A stretch of DNA of 21,747 bases, from contig NW_021823745.1 in NCBI RefSeq assembly GCF_006345805.1, positions 1 to 21,747 on the forward strand, written 5' to 3'. Under the pieces are notes generated by a model, which saw nothing but the letters and a program-made list of their open reading frames with translations, made no database searches and was not told where the DNA came from. Below, piece by piece: positions 21,012-21,747 of the stretch (position 1 is the stretch's first letter; each line of letters begins with the position of its first letter). The position numbers were made by a program, and so were the translations under genes. Source of the stretch: Octopus sinensis. Lineage: Eukaryota.

Positions 21012-21545
21012 ATTATTAAACTTCAATATAAATATTAATATCAAATAATGTGTGAATGAACTTTTATTGCTGCTCTTATGTATTTATGTAGATAAATAAA
21101 AAACTTAGAAAGTAACATATATACACATGTAAGTTGATATATAAACCATTGGCATCCATAATTATTGTGTGTATGTATATCTGTGTGTGTGTGTGTGCGT
21201 ATATATAAATATGAGCATAGACATGCGCACACACATATACAAACATGAACATAAACTTTATTTCTCTTTCATTTTAATTTTATTTCATTTTATCAGTAAA
21301 TAATGTTCCTCTTATATAGTATAAATCATTATTCATGATTGTTATTAGTAGTAATATTGAATTTAAAAATAAATGAATATTTTTAATGCATGCATGCACA
21401 CACACACATATACATAGTAAACATAAATATATTTTCTGTGTATATTTGAATATTCCAGTAAATCGCTATGTAGTTCACATATTGTCCTTTTATGCACCCT
21501 GAAAATTTTCACCAAAGGCATTTAAAATGCAAAATTTATTATATA
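21012..21545 (+). repeat. Continuation of the right arm beyond the CR1 (paralog of 6661-6695 and 3745-3934 reverse complements)
   Basis: ATTATTAAACTTCAATATAAATATTAATATCAAA resembles the reverse complement of 6661-6695; 21338-21545 resembles the reverse complement of 3745-3934. Confidence 0.8.
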
Positions 21546-21634
21546 TATAAGAGAGAGTTATTAATTTGTTTGTCAACCAAAATAAAACTAAATGGTTCAG
21601 GGAAAGCTATTATGTTTTATCTATCTATATTATA

Positions 21635-21747
21635 TTAGCTGATGTACCCATAATTCCTGGGAAAGCAGGGCTTATCTCTTTGTCTGTTCTTAATCCAATA
21701 AATATCATATGGAAAATGGTATTAAGGAAGGGTAGGAAAATATTAGA
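21635..21747 (-). mobile_element. 3' end of a third Helitron (continues beyond the window)
   Basis: Minus strand reads hairpin CCCA-GGAATTA-TGGG, then TACATCAG-CTAA|T (CTRR|T); similar to the 10013-10042 terminus. Confidence 0.6.

Larger units (their letters stand above)
17534..21012 (+). mobile_element. CR1-clade non-LTR retrotransposon, 5'-truncated in ORF1, with (ATT)n tail
   Basis: ORF1 remnant, APE plus RT ORF2, 3' UTR 20847-20990 and (ATT)n at ~20993-21012; host paralogy resumes immediately after the tail. Confidence 0.93.

Noticed and set aside
1-21747. Host protein-coding exons
   Set aside because: Every ORF with recognisable motifs is TE-derived and disabled, and no supported exon chain was found. 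Short exons cannot be excluded without RNA data.

Overview
This is AT-rich, microsatellite-laden metazoan intergenic or intronic DNA, most likely Octopus, judged from the RTE 3' UTR with (CAT)n tail and the tRNA-derived SINE. I find no host gene, rRNA, tRNA or CRISPR array. Almost every base is decayed transposable element: two Penelope-like (RT/GIY-YIG) relics, a Chapaev3-like transposase, a Gypsy integrase scrap, Helentron-associated (HINE-like) fragments, two end-to-end Helitrons with fossil PIF1 helicase plus a third Helitron 3' end, a tRNA-SINE, two 5'-truncated RTE LINEs and a 3.5 kb CR1-clade LINE. The main structural observation is that ~3745-21545 is an old inverted duplication of under 1 kb of AT-rich DNA, inflated to ~18 kb by nested insertions. 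Each arm supplies the empty site for insertions in the other. Other leads are a correctly phased G_GGA_AAC slippery heptamer at the CR1 ORF1/ORF2 junction with no usable ORF2 AUG, a Penelope relic enclosed by ~630 bp inverted arms whose outer 111 bp are identical, and a cluster of degenerate hammerhead ribozyme motifs. All alignments and family assignments were made by eye and from recall, with no database search.
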